DNA of 64,000 nt from assembly GCA_963806855.1 (NCBI GenBank), contig CAWDYW010000003.1:352001-416000 (forward strand), given 5' to 3'. The stretch comes from an uncultured Verrucomicrobiae bacterium. Its GTDB lineage: Bacteria > Chlamydiota > Chlamydiia > Chlamydiales > Rhabdochlamydiaceae. Positions 29,275 through 38,921 of the stretch are shown piece after piece (position 1 is the stretch's first letter; every line of letters begins with the position of its first letter). A model generated the notes under the pieces. It was given only the letters and a program-made list of their open reading frames with translations. It was not told the origin of the DNA and searched no databases. The position numbers and the translations under genes were made by a program.

Positions 29275-30784
29275 TGATTGTCGAGTAGAATTCGAATTCA
29301 TTTAGATGCAGAGAATCCTCCGTATCGAAAGAGAGTTGGGCATTGAGCTCTTCAGCCACTCTGGCGAGATAATCTTTATCGCCATCTTTGAGATAATGAT
29401 CCAAGTTGGGATGGCAAACCAATTTCAAACCATATTGTTGCTTAAGATTGATCAATTTTTTGAGAGCCCGCTCAATATCGATTGAGGTGCTTTCAAATGT
29501 CCGAATTTGGCCAGAACCGCTGCAGTAAGGGCAACTGGTATTCATCGTCTGTGAGAGCGATTCTCGGTTCCTCTGCCTGGTCATTTCAACTAGGCCAAAT
29601 TCACTCATTCCTAAAATGGTACACTTGGCATGGTCATCTTTCATCGCCTCTTTGAGATGGTCGAGGACTCTTCTCTGATTTTTTCGCGAACGCATATCGA
29701 TGAAATCACAAATGACCAGACCGCCGATATTGCGGATGCGCAGTTGCCTACCGATTTCCTCAGCCGCTTCTAAATTGATTCGGACCAGCGACTCCTCTAA
29801 ATCTCCTGCTCCTTGTCCTGAGCTTCGTCCAGAGTTGACGTCGATTGTATACATTGCCTCGGTTCGATCGAAAAACAGATAGCCTCCGGATGAGAGCCAA
29901 ATTTTACGCCTTAGAGATTTGTCGATTTCCCGCTCAACGTTAAAACGCTCAAACATCGGAGTCGTGTCACGGTAATATTCGATCTTTAGTGGGTGCTCAC
30001 CGCTGTACTTTTGATACATTTTTTTAAGCGTCGTCGCGATGTTGTGGTCATCGATAAGAATCCGGTCATGTTTTTTATCGACCGCAGTCATCAGACAACG
30101 TTTCATCAGGTCCGATTCTTCATAGAGACAAGTCGGTTTGGATGTCTTTTGGAAATCGTCTACGATCTGCTTCCAAGTGTTCAGAAGGTCGTGCGCTTCA
30201 TCGATAAGCATCTCGGGTGTCGCATTTACGGAAGAAGTGCGGCAGATCAGGCCCATGTCGGAGGGCATCTCAAAAGCGCGGATCAATTTTTTCAGCCGGT
30301 CGCGCGATGCAGAGTCTTCAATCTTGCGGGAAACTCCCCGATGAGGAGTATTGGGCAATAGAACGAGGTAACGGCCTGCAATCGAGAGATTTGAGGTCAA
30401 TCGAGCACCTTTTGTCCCAATTGGTTCTTTCACTACCTGTACGAGCACAGATTGATCGGGCTTTAAAATTTTAGTGATATCGGTTTCGGAGTTTTTTTTC
30501 TTTGAGGACTCTTCTCCCGTTTCAAAATCCATTTCAAACATTTCTTGGAATTTCTGGGTATTTTCCAAGATATCGGAGATATGGATGAAGCCATTTTCTG
30601 ATTCGTCGATATCGATAAAGGCCGATTGGATGTTGTGTAGGATATTGGTGACCCTTCCGCGATAGATATTGCCGGTGATTTGACGGGTTTTCTTCCGTTC
30701 GACGATGAGGTCGTAGAGCAGTCCCTCTTTCAGGAAGGCACAGCGCACCTCTTTTGATTCAACATTTATAAGAATTTCTTTCAT
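29252..30784 (-). CDS. Ribonuclease E/G family
   Basis: S1 domain GNIYRGRV, KEPIGTKGARLT, IDVNSG, DFIDM, EMTRQR, CPYCSGSG. Confidence 0.95.
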   Translation of the reverse strand: MKEILINVESKEVRCAFLKEGLLYDLIVERKKTRQITGNIYRGRVTNILHNIQSAFIDIDESENGFIHISDILENTQKFQEMFEMDFETGEESSKKKNSETDITKILKPDQSVLVQVVKEPIGTKGARLTSNLSIAGRYLVLLPNTPHRGVSRKIEDSASRDRLKKLIRAFEMPSDMGLICRTSSVNATPEMLIDEAHDLLNTWKQIVDDFQKTSKPTCLYEESDLMKRCLMTAVDKKHDRILIDDHNIATTLKKMYQKYSGEHPLKIEYYRDTTPMFERFNVEREIDKSLRRKIWLSSGGYLFFDRTEAMYTIDVNSGRSSGQGAGDLEESLVRINLEAAEEIGRQLRIRNIGGLVICDFIDMRSRKNQRRVLDHLKEAMKDDHAKCTILGMSEFGLVEMTRQRNRESLSQTMNTSCPYCSGSGQIRTFESTSIDIERALKKLINLKQQYGLKLVCHPNLDHYLKDGDKDYLARVAEELNAQLSFDTEDSLHLNEFEFYSTINGQKLET

Positions 30785-30846
30785 AGGATTTCGTGGTTCT
30801 TTAAGTCCCAAGGGTACCAAAAATTGGATTACAATGAAAGAGAGAA

Positions 30847-30961
30847 TCAACGCAAAGAAAAGAGATTTTTTTTCTGCGGCTTTGCGTCTTTGCGCCTTTG
30901 CGTTCTTTTTGATTCACCTTTTTCAACGCGAAAACGCAAAAAAATAATTTGTTTATTGCGT
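30847..30961. repeat. Degenerate CGCAAAG-family palindrome(s) (copy 4)
   Basis: TCAACGCAAAG...CTTTGCGTCTTTGCGCCTTTGCGTT and TTCAACGCGAAAACGCAAA. Confidence 0.7.
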
Positions 30962-31977
30962 CAAGTTTGTTTTTTGAGCTCAGATTTGATTTTTTCTAGA
31001 AAGAAATGGCGGACCAGATGGCTAGCCCCTTTTATGCTATTGATGAAGGCTTCAGGTGTCGATTCTCCATGGCACTTGATGACGATCCCTTCCACTCCGC
31101 AGAGGATGGCCCCCGGGTATTCGGCATAATGAAGGCGATGCCGCAGCGGGTTGATCATATTTTTGAGCTGTGGAAAAATTTCTGCCAATTTGACCTTCTC
31201 GAGTTGATCAAGGATGAAGCCGGCGATGCCCTCAGCGGTCTTCAAAAAAACATTACCGGTAAAGCCATCGGTGATCAAGACGTCGATATTGCCGTGGAAG
31301 ACATTTCTCCCTTCGATATTGCCAATAAAAATTGGGGCATCAAAAGGGGCATCGCGGTTGAGCGTTTCCAAAATTTCATAGGCTTTTCTCAGCTCAGGCG
31401 TCCCTTTTTGCTTCTCTTCGCCAATATTGAGCAGCCCAACTGTCGGGTGCTTGATTCCTCTGGTTTTCTGATAGGCGATTCCCATTTGGGCAAATTGGAG
31501 GAGGTTTTCTGCCTTTACATTGACATTCGCCCCTACATCGAGGACCGCTACAGGTTCGAGCTTGGTGGGGATCAAGGTCATTAGGGCTGGCCGATCGATC
31601 CCCGGCAGCAGGGGGAGAGACAAGGTCGCGGATGCGAGGAGAGCGCCGGTGTTGCCAGCGGAGATAAAGGCGTCGATTTCAAACTCTTTAAGTTGCTTTA
31701 TCCCAATTAGGATGGAAGAGTCTTTTTTTTTCCTTATCGCTGCGAGGGGATCCTCATCCATCGTGATCATCTCTGTGACGACTTGGCAGTTAAAATCAGC
31801 GGGAATTTTTGCCTTCGAAAAGACCTCTTCAGTGGCAAAAAGGGTGAACTTGGGAGGATGCGATCCTTCCAATGGAAGATCAATAAGAGCTTTAAGGAGC
31901 TCCTCGGGTGGGGTATCGCATCCTAAAAGATCGATCCCTATCCGAGGGCGCTGAAGATCGTCACTCTGCTTTTGCAT
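30961..31977 (-). CDS. plsX: Phosphate acyltransferase
   Basis: ISAGNTGA, LDVGAN, LLNIGEEKQKG, TDGFTGN. Confidence 0.95.
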   Translation of the reverse strand: MQKQSDDLQRPRIGIDLLGCDTPPEELLKALIDLPLEGSHPPKFTLFATEEVFSKAKIPADFNCQVVTEMITMDEDPLAAIRKKKDSSILIGIKQLKEFEIDAFISAGNTGALLASATLSLPLLPGIDRPALMTLIPTKLEPVAVLDVGANVNVKAENLLQFAQMGIAYQKTRGIKHPTVGLLNIGEEKQKGTPELRKAYEILETLNRDAPFDAPIFIGNIEGRNVFHGNIDVLITDGFTGNVFLKTAEGIAGFILDQLEKVKLAEIFPQLKNMINPLRHRLHYAEYPGAILCGVEGIVIKCHGESTPEAFINSIKGASHLVRHFFLEKIKSELKKQT

Positions 31978-32143
31978 GAATCACGGCACGTCCAGAATAA
32001 TGACCACAATGCATGCAGAGCTTGTGTTGAAGGCGCGAGCCTCCACAATTGGAACATTTGCCGACATTTGCCTGCGTTTTCGCATGGTGCGCGCGTCGTG
32101 AATTCTTTCGGGCGTTCGAGGAACGGTTACGTGGTACTGCCAT
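31961..32143 (-). CDS. rpmF: 50S ribosomal protein L32
   Basis: MAVPRNRSSNARKNSRRAH, CxxC..CxxC. Confidence 0.95.
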   Translation of the reverse strand: MAVPRNRSSNARKNSRRAHHAKTQANVGKCSNCGGSRLQHKLCMHCGHYSGRAVIHAKAE

Positions 32144-32218
32144 TTAAAAAGACTCCTTTTCTCGACTTTGTACAAAGACGAGCTTTTTCGTTAAATGATA
32201 GAGGATAAGGCGATTTTT

Positions 32219-32677
32219 TTACAGAGATAATTCTGAGAATGGGGAGTGGGTATCATCAGAAGAAGGTTTTTTTAAATATTTGTTTATATCTTTTCGCTGC
32301 GGGCAATGGCCATGGTGACATTCGATGAATTGGGGGAGCTTGAGCAGGATTGAATCGCGCACGTCGCCGGCAAAGTCGTAGATTGAAGAGCGGATTTCCG
32401 AAAGCTCAACGGTTTGGGTAAAGTCTTCAACATCGATGGGAAATTCCACTTTTTCATTGCAAATCGAGCAGGGGAGGATGGCGGTTGCTTTAATTTTCAG
32501 ATCTAAAATCAGATGGTGGTTAGCCAGATAGGCCTGACCAGTAACGGTCACCTTATCGATAAAGAGCTGCTCTTTTTCAGTCTCTTGAAGAAAATCGGGA
32601 TCCAGGATCTCATGAACTGCTTCCGTATCGTCATTCTTGAGACGATCGATGTAGATTTTGAATGGGCTGTTTTTCAT
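32219..32677 (-). CDS. YceD/DUF177 family protein
   Basis: CSIC motif, SPFSEL C-terminus, position upstream of rpmF. Confidence 0.8.
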   Translation of the reverse strand: MKNSPFKIYIDRLKNDDTEAVHEILDPDFLQETEKEQLFIDKVTVTGQAYLANHHLILDLKIKATAILPCSICNEKVEFPIDVEDFTQTVELSEIRSSIYDFAGDVRDSILLKLPQFIECHHGHCPQRKDINKYLKKPSSDDTHSPFSELSL

Positions 32678-33785
32678 CTAATAAACTATTTAATATCCTA
32701 GCTATTTCCACTTCTGGGACTTTGCTTTCTAGGATTTTACCAATTTCTGCACATTTTCCTCTACATTCTTCTAACGCCTCTTTTGAAGAGAGCAACCTAT
32801 TGGCATGTTGGTATAGGTTTTCATCGGTTAAATTGTGAGCAATCAGCTCGGGATAGACCTCTTTACCACCCACAATATTGACGATGCAATAGAAGGGGAG
32901 GTTGATCCGTAAAATATGTTTGGCAATGAAGAGATCTATCGGTCCCACCTTGTAGATGACAATGCTTGGGACCAGATGGAGGGCGAGCTCTAAATTGTTG
33001 GTGCCCGACTTTGCAATCGCCAAAGTGGCGCTCTTCATCAATGCACCATTCTGGGAACTGTCCTGTAGCTGGATGGAAAGGCCCTCTGCACGCATGAGTT
33101 TCTCCAGAAGGGGGGCAAAGGAGGGCTGCGAAACCGATGCAATGAAGTGCAGATCAGGATATTTTTGCAGCAGCCGTTTTGCCAGCTGGATCTGACTGGG
33201 AAAATTGCGGAGAATTTCTTTCTGCCGGCTGCCGGGGAAAAGGGCAATGACTCTCTTTCCTGAAGAGATCTGGGCGCCATCTGTGTGAAGATTATGCACC
33301 AGAGGATTCCCCACATAATCTACCTTCAGCTTCTTAAATAGGGGAGGCTCGAAGGGGAAAATGGCAAAAAGATGATCAAGGACTTTTTCCATCTTGGCGA
33401 TCCGCTTCTTTCCCCAGGCCCAAACTGATGGGCAAATATAGTGACAAATTTTTCCTTTGAAAGAGCGCTTACGCAAACTTTTTGCCATTGCCAGGCTAAA
33501 ACCGGGATAGTCGATAAATAGCGCAATGTCAGGCTGCTGATCGAAGAGGGTTTTTCTAAGAAAAAAGAAGTAGCGCATGAGTCTGGGGAGGGCGAAGAAG
33601 ACATCGATAAACCCCATCACCTGAAAGTTTTCCATTGGGAGGATGCACTCGAGCCCTTCGGCCCGCATCTTGGGTCCGCCGACTCCAAAAAGATGGGCCT
33701 CGGGGAACCGCTGTTTTAGCTCGCGCACAAGTTTATAACCATGCAGATCGCCGCTGGTCTCGCCTGCAAAGAGGAAAATCTTCAT
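32631..33785 (-). CDS. lpxB: Lipid-A-disaccharide synthase
   Basis: AGETSGDLHG, IDYPGF, PSVWAW, PGSR, KSGT. Confidence 0.95.
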   Translation of the reverse strand: MKIFLFAGETSGDLHGYKLVRELKQRFPEAHLFGVGGPKMRAEGLECILPMENFQVMGFIDVFFALPRLMRYFFFLRKTLFDQQPDIALFIDYPGFSLAMAKSLRKRSFKGKICHYICPSVWAWGKKRIAKMEKVLDHLFAIFPFEPPLFKKLKVDYVGNPLVHNLHTDGAQISSGKRVIALFPGSRQKEILRNFPSQIQLAKRLLQKYPDLHFIASVSQPSFAPLLEKLMRAEGLSIQLQDSSQNGALMKSATLAIAKSGTNNLELALHLVPSIVIYKVGPIDLFIAKHILRINLPFYCIVNIVGGKEVYPELIAHNLTDENLYQHANRLLSSKEALEECRGKCAEIGKILESKVPEVEIARILNSLLDEKQPIQNLHRSSQE

Positions 33786-34543
33786 CAGGCTACTCCTATT
33801 TGCTTCCCAAGCCAAAGGGCCCCGTCGTGGAAAACTTCCTTTGACGTGCCATGGCCCAAATGACCGATCGAGGGGGAAATGATCATCTCAATCGGAGGAG
33901 AGCGGAGTCCATTTTGGAAAGCCTGTTCCGTCAGGAGCTGGACCAGGTGAAAACACCTATCTGTGCCGACCCGGAGATCCCGATTGCCAATATAGAAACG
34001 GATTTTTTGCTCGCACAATGAGGCGATATGATTCTCAAGATTGAAGGCTTGAACGCTCGGATCGTCAGAGAGATCTTTGAATTCCTTGGCCGCCGACAGA
34101 GCTGTCATCGGAGCAAAACTGACAATGCCGCGCACTTCAGGGAATTTTTCAGCGACCAAACCGGCGATCAGGCCTCCGCGCGAAAGGCCCATCAGCCCGA
34201 TCTTTTCGGCATAGATAAGACCCCGATCAATCAAAGCGTTTAGAGCAAAAACTGCCTGATCAATGAATGGGGTGAGAGGATCATTCCCTTCAGTAAATTC
34301 TCGTGCCCATGCCCCAATTGCCTCGAGGGCATTGAGGTTGGGGCCGTGATAGGGAAGATTCATGGAAAACACGCGCACACCAAGCTGGGAGAGAAAAACA
34401 GCAGGTTGATTAAAAGGATCCAGCCCCAAGCTATCTTCACCTGAAATGGAAAAATAGAAAGCTGCTCCCTTTCGCCCTTCGGACAGGGGCGGGCCGATGT
34501 GGGTCACTTCAATATTGTGGTTGAGTTGAATGACCTCGATCAT
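33785..34543 (-). CDS. Alpha/beta hydrolase
   Basis: GLSRGG nucleophile elbow; D and H candidates. Confidence 0.8.
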   Translation of the reverse strand: MIEVIQLNHNIEVTHIGPPLSEGRKGAAFYFSISGEDSLGLDPFNQPAVFLSQLGVRVFSMNLPYHGPNLNALEAIGAWAREFTEGNDPLTPFIDQAVFALNALIDRGLIYAEKIGLMGLSRGGLIAGLVAEKFPEVRGIVSFAPMTALSAAKEFKDLSDDPSVQAFNLENHIASLCEQKIRFYIGNRDLRVGTDRCFHLVQLLTEQAFQNGLRSPPIEMIISPSIGHLGHGTSKEVFHDGALWLGKQIGVA

Positions 34544-35784
34544 GGCCTTCGGCTCCGCCTTCTTCGGCGGGGGCGCCGCTCAGGGACAGGTTCTTCCCTA
34601 GGCACGCTTTGGTAGGATTCGTTCCATTCATCATAGATCTGTTTTAGTCCAGGTTCCAAACAGGATCGGAGATTTAAAAACTTGAGGGCTAAGGGGAAAT
34701 CGCTGTCTCTTGGGATCCGTTTTCGCCCCACTTTCTTTTTATGAAGCGGAGTGAAACGGTACTGCCCCATCAAAATATTATTTACGCTAATTCTCAGCCG
34801 CCTTGGGACCATGAAAAACCCTTCATACATTTCGGTAATGACATCCCGAATGAGTTCTTGAACTTGCCCTAAATGGGGAATGTGATTGCGATCTAGGTAT
34901 TGAATTTTTAATCTCTTTTCCAAAAGAGGATAGGTAAGCGAGCTGAGCAGGACAGATCGGTCCAAGTTTTCGACTGTCGGGTCGAGGAAAACCGAATCGA
35001 TCTCCTGTAAAAAAGAATAGATTAGATCGCTCTCTTGCTCTTTTTCAATAAAGTTGGCGATTCCGGGGAGAAGATGGGACATCAATCCATGGTGAGTCAG
35101 CAGTTGAATAAAAGATTTCGCCGCTCCCGATTCGAGCATCCGGAGCATCTCCTCCACAATCCGAGCAGGGGAGCTCTTGATGATCTCCTCTCGACATTCG
35201 ACTAAGGCGATATGGGCATCGGGATCGACCTCCAAACCGAAGCGAGCTTGGAACTTGAGCAGACGGAGCATTCTCACTGGATCTTGCTTAAAACGGACAA
35301 AAGGCTGCCCGATGGTCCTCAAGCACTTGCGCTTGATATCGGCATATCCGTCCACATAGTCGATGATCGTCTGATTCGAAGGATCATAGAACAGGCCATT
35401 GATCGTGAAATCGCGCCGCAGAGCATCTTCCTCAGGATAGCCCCAAACGTTATCCCTCAAGATTAGCTCCTCTTTCTCAGGATCACCTGCTCTGAAAGTA
35501 GAAACTTCGAGAATTTTTTTCCCAAAGCGGACATGAGCGAGCCGGAACCTGCGTCCGATCAAGATGCAATTATTAAATAGTTTTTTTATTTCTTCAGGCT
35601 TAGCCGAGGTTGAGATATCAAAATCTTTGGGAGTATGGTTGAGGAGCAGATCGCGGACACTTCCTCCCACGAGATAGGCAACATACCCGGCCTGTTTTAG
35701 CTTCTCCATCACATAGAGAGCGTGGACATCGACTTTTTGAATGGGCAGTTGGTGCGTTTCAAAGGGTATGACTTTTTGATCCAA
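34540..35784 (-). CDS. pcnB: Poly(A) polymerase
   Basis: VGGSVRDLL, PKDFD, LIGRRFRLAHV, RRDFTIN, DPVRMLR. Confidence 0.92.
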   Translation of the reverse strand: MDQKVIPFETHQLPIQKVDVHALYVMEKLKQAGYVAYLVGGSVRDLLLNHTPKDFDISTSAKPEEIKKLFNNCILIGRRFRLAHVRFGKKILEVSTFRAGDPEKEELILRDNVWGYPEEDALRRDFTINGLFYDPSNQTIIDYVDGYADIKRKCLRTIGQPFVRFKQDPVRMLRLLKFQARFGLEVDPDAHIALVECREEIIKSSPARIVEEMLRMLESGAAKSFIQLLTHHGLMSHLLPGIANFIEKEQESDLIYSFLQEIDSVFLDPTVENLDRSVLLSSLTYPLLEKRLKIQYLDRNHIPHLGQVQELIRDVITEMYEGFFMVPRRLRISVNNILMGQYRFTPLHKKKVGRKRIPRDSDFPLALKFLNLRSCLEPGLKQIYDEWNESYQSVPREEPVPERRPRRRRRSRRP

Positions 35785-35834
35785 GGGAACCTTTTTTTCA
35801 CTTAAAAATAGCGTGCCGAGGCCAAAAAGTCAAT

Positions 35835-35935
35835 AGGGGCGTGTCGTCAATTCCAAGTCTGCTGAATTCGAGTTCTTTTCCCCTAGGAGGTGATATACCC
35901 CGACTCGCCCCAGACTCGACGTTCTGAGTCATTCA
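35835..35935. repeat. Degenerate relic of a palindromic element
   Basis: GGAGGTGATATACCCCGA resembles the reverse-strand centre of the 15138 element (GGAAGGTGATATTACCCCCGA). Confidence 0.4.
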
Positions 35936-36005
35936 CACCGAGAGTGGCTCTTTGTATAAAGGTGAGAATTGAATTAAATTCGACCAGTTTGCTAGAATCA
36001 ACGGA

Positions 36006-37460
36006 ATGACTAAAGGACTATTTGCTAAGAAGAGTATCCATGACATGCGCGAAGAAGCCGCCGTGAAAAAGGGAGGCTTGGAGCGCTCATTAACAGGATT
36101 GAACTTAACCACAATGGGGATCGGTGCAATTGTAGGAGCCGGTGTCTTCGTCCTACTTGGACAGGCTGCCGTCCAAAATGCTGGCCCCTCGGTGGTGTTC
36201 TCTTTTATTTTTGCCGCCATCATCTGCGTATTTGCGGCGCTATGCTATGCTGAATTCGCATCCTTGATCCCCATCGCAGGCGGACCCTATTCATATGCTT
36301 ATGCAACCCTTGGGGAATTTGCCGCTTGGACAATCGGCTGGTCCCTTACATTAGAATACCTGTTTTCAGCAGCGACCGTTTCGGTAGGATGGTCAGGCTA
36401 CCTATCTAGTTTTTTAAACGACTTTGGAATTTATTTGCCGGCCAAGATCGCCAGCGCCCCGCTTCTATATGATATCAACCATGGGTGGATCAAGTCGGGC
36501 TCCTATTTTAACTTACCTGCAGCGCTGATCATTGGCTTTATCGGCGGCATGATTGCCTTAGGGATCAAAGCGGCCAATCGGTATAACAATATCATTGTCG
36601 CGATCAAGCTCACTGTGATTGTCCTATTTATTGGCATTGGCTTGGCCTATATCAACTCAGATAATTGGGTGCCGTTTATCCCAAAAAATACGGGGACATT
36701 CGGTGAATTCGGTTTTAGCGGGATTTTGCGTGGCGCCGGGGTTGTTTTCTTCGCCTACATCGGTTTTGATGCCCTCTCGACCCTTGCCCAAGAGGCACGC
36801 GATCCCCAAAAAGACATGCCTCTAGGAATGGTTGGCTCGCTAGGGATTTCGGCAACAATTTACATTATCATGGCTTTGGTGCTGACCGGAATTGTCAGCT
36901 ATAAAGCTTTAGGTGGTCCTGCTCCGTTCAGCGTTGCTCTCGATAGTCTCGGTCCTAAATTCGTTTGGTTCCGCTACTTTGCTAAATTCGGGATTTTGGC
37001 CGGACTCACCTCAGTCATCATGGTAATGTTGCTCGGGCAGACAAGGGTCTTCTACACCATGGCCCATGACGGACTGCTTCCAAAAGCCTTCGGGAGAGTA
37101 CATAAAAAATTCCATACTCCTTTTTTCAACACCCTCTTCCTGACTGGACTAGGAATGCTGATTTGCGGGTTCTTCCCAGTGGGGATATTAGGACAACTGG
37201 TATCGATGGGAACCTTGATGGCATTTGCGATCGTCTGCTTCGGTGTGCTGATCTTGCGCTACAAGCAACCCACTTTGCATCGCCCCTTTAAAGTCCCTTT
37301 CTTCCCATGGATTCCGCTCATCGGAATGCTTGCCTGTATCACCCAGATGATTGCTCTACCTGCGGTCACCTGGATGCAGCTTGTTATTTGGATCTTCCTC
37401 GGTTATGTTGTTTATTTCACCTATGGAATCAAAAACAGCCACATTCGTAAGAAAGGTTAA
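36006..37460 (+). CDS. APC-family amino acid permease
   Basis: GAIVGAGVF, CYAEFAS, FFAYIGFD, multiple TM segments. Confidence 0.92.
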   Translation: MTKGLFAKKSIHDMREEAAVKKGGLERSLTGLNLTTMGIGAIVGAGVFVLLGQAAVQNAGPSVVFSFIFAAIICVFAALCYAEFASLIPIAGGPYSYAYATLGEFAAWTIGWSLTLEYLFSAATVSVGWSGYLSSFLNDFGIYLPAKIASAPLLYDINHGWIKSGSYFNLPAALIIGFIGGMIALGIKAANRYNNIIVAIKLTVIVLFIGIGLAYINSDNWVPFIPKNTGTFGEFGFSGILRGAGVVFFAYIGFDALSTLAQEARDPQKDMPLGMVGSLGISATIYIIMALVLTGIVSYKALGGPAPFSVALDSLGPKFVWFRYFAKFGILAGLTSVIMVMLLGQTRVFYTMAHDGLLPKAFGRVHKKFHTPFFNTLFLTGLGMLICGFFPVGILGQLVSMGTLMAFAIVCFGVLILRYKQPTLHRPFKVPFFPWIPLIGMLACITQMIALPAVTWMQLVIWIFLGYVVYFTYGIKNSHIRKKG

Positions 37461-37466
37461 GGTAAC

Positions 37467-38921
37467 GTGAAAAGGCTATTCTTAAAAAAGAGCATTCATG
37501 ATCTGCGTGAAGAGGCATCCGAAAAGAAGGGATTGCAGCGCTCCTTATCCGCATTCAACTTAACCACGCTTGGGATTGGGGTCCTCGTCGGTGCCGGTGT
37601 CTTTGTCATCGGTGGACAGGCCGCTGCGCAGTTCTCCGGGCCCGCTGTGATCATCTCGTTTATTCTTGCCGCGATCGTCAGCGCTTTTGCCGCCCTCTGC
37701 TATGCTGAATTTGCTTCTATGATTCCCATTGCTGGCGGTCCCTACTCTTATGCTTACGCGACCCTGGGTGAATTTGCCGCTTGGATTATCGGTTGGTGCC
37801 TCTCGTTAGAATACCTCTTTGCTGCCGCCACCGTTTCGGTAGGTTGGTCTGGCTATTTGTCTAGTTTATTGAACGATTTTGGACTTTCCCTTCCAGCGAC
37901 GATTAACGGTCCGGTGTTGGCCTATGATGCCGCGACAGGATGGTCGCAAACAGGCTCGCTCTTCAATGTTCCTGCAGCTCTCATCATGGCTGCAATGGGA
38001 TTGCTCGTTGCCGTTGGAATCAAGGCAGCCAATCGTTTTAACAATATCATGGTGGCGACAAAGCTCACTGTGATCGTTCTTTTCATCGTCTGCGGATTCG
38101 CCTTCATCAACACCGAAAATTGGGTCCCCTTCATCCCAGAAAATACAGGCACTTTCGGTAGTTTCGGTTGGAGCGGAATCTTACGCGGAGCTGGTGTGGT
38201 ATTTTTCGGCTACCTTGGCTTTGATGCCCTCTCGACCTTGGCTCAAGAATCGCGCAATCCTCAGCGGGACTTGCCCATAGGGATGATCGGCTCGCTCGGT
38301 ATCGCCGCGATCATTTACATTTTGATGACCCTTGTTCTAACGGGTGCTGTCGGTTACAAACTTCTTGGCGGGCCAGCTCCCTTTAGTGATGCGATCGATG
38401 CCTTCGGCTCCAACTTTATTTGGCTCCGCTATGTGGCGAAATTTGGTATTTTAGTCGGACTCACCTCAGTGGTCATGGTAACCCTCATGGCCCAAACCCG
38501 CATTTTCTATACGGTTTCTCAAGATGGGCTGCTCCCAAAAGTATTTGGAAAAGTGCACAAGAAATTCCATACCCCTTTCTTCACCACCATCTTCCTCACC
38601 GTTGTTGGGATCATCGTCTGCGGGATATTCCCAGCGTCAACATTAGGTCTTCTTGTGGTGATTGGCACATTGCTCGCTTTTGCGATTGTCTGCTTCGGCG
38701 TGCTCGTTTTGCGCTACAAACAGCCGAGCCTGCACCGCCCTTTCAAAGTCCCATTCTTCCCTTGGATTCCTCTGATCGGGATGTTGGTATGCATTTTACA
38801 GATGATCGTGCTCCCTGCTGCCATTTGGCTGCAGCTTATGATCTGGATCGCTCTGGGCCTGCTGATTTATTTCGGCTACGGGATTCGCCATAGCGTAATC
38901 CGCAAAAAGCATAACCTATAG
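37467..38921 (+). CDS. APC-family amino acid permease (tandem paralog)
   Basis: Same length (484 aa) and same motifs as the upstream gene. Confidence 0.92.
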   Translation: MKRLFLKKSIHDLREEASEKKGLQRSLSAFNLTTLGIGVLVGAGVFVIGGQAAAQFSGPAVIISFILAAIVSAFAALCYAEFASMIPIAGGPYSYAYATLGEFAAWIIGWCLSLEYLFAAATVSVGWSGYLSSLLNDFGLSLPATINGPVLAYDAATGWSQTGSLFNVPAALIMAAMGLLVAVGIKAANRFNNIMVATKLTVIVLFIVCGFAFINTENWVPFIPENTGTFGSFGWSGILRGAGVVFFGYLGFDALSTLAQESRNPQRDLPIGMIGSLGIAAIIYILMTLVLTGAVGYKLLGGPAPFSDAIDAFGSNFIWLRYVAKFGILVGLTSVVMVTLMAQTRIFYTVSQDGLLPKVFGKVHKKFHTPFFTTIFLTVVGIIVCGIFPASTLGLLVVIGTLLAFAIVCFGVLVLRYKQPSLHRPFKVPFFPWIPLIGMLVCILQMIVLPAAIWLQLMIWIALGLLIYFGYGIRHSVIRKKHNL

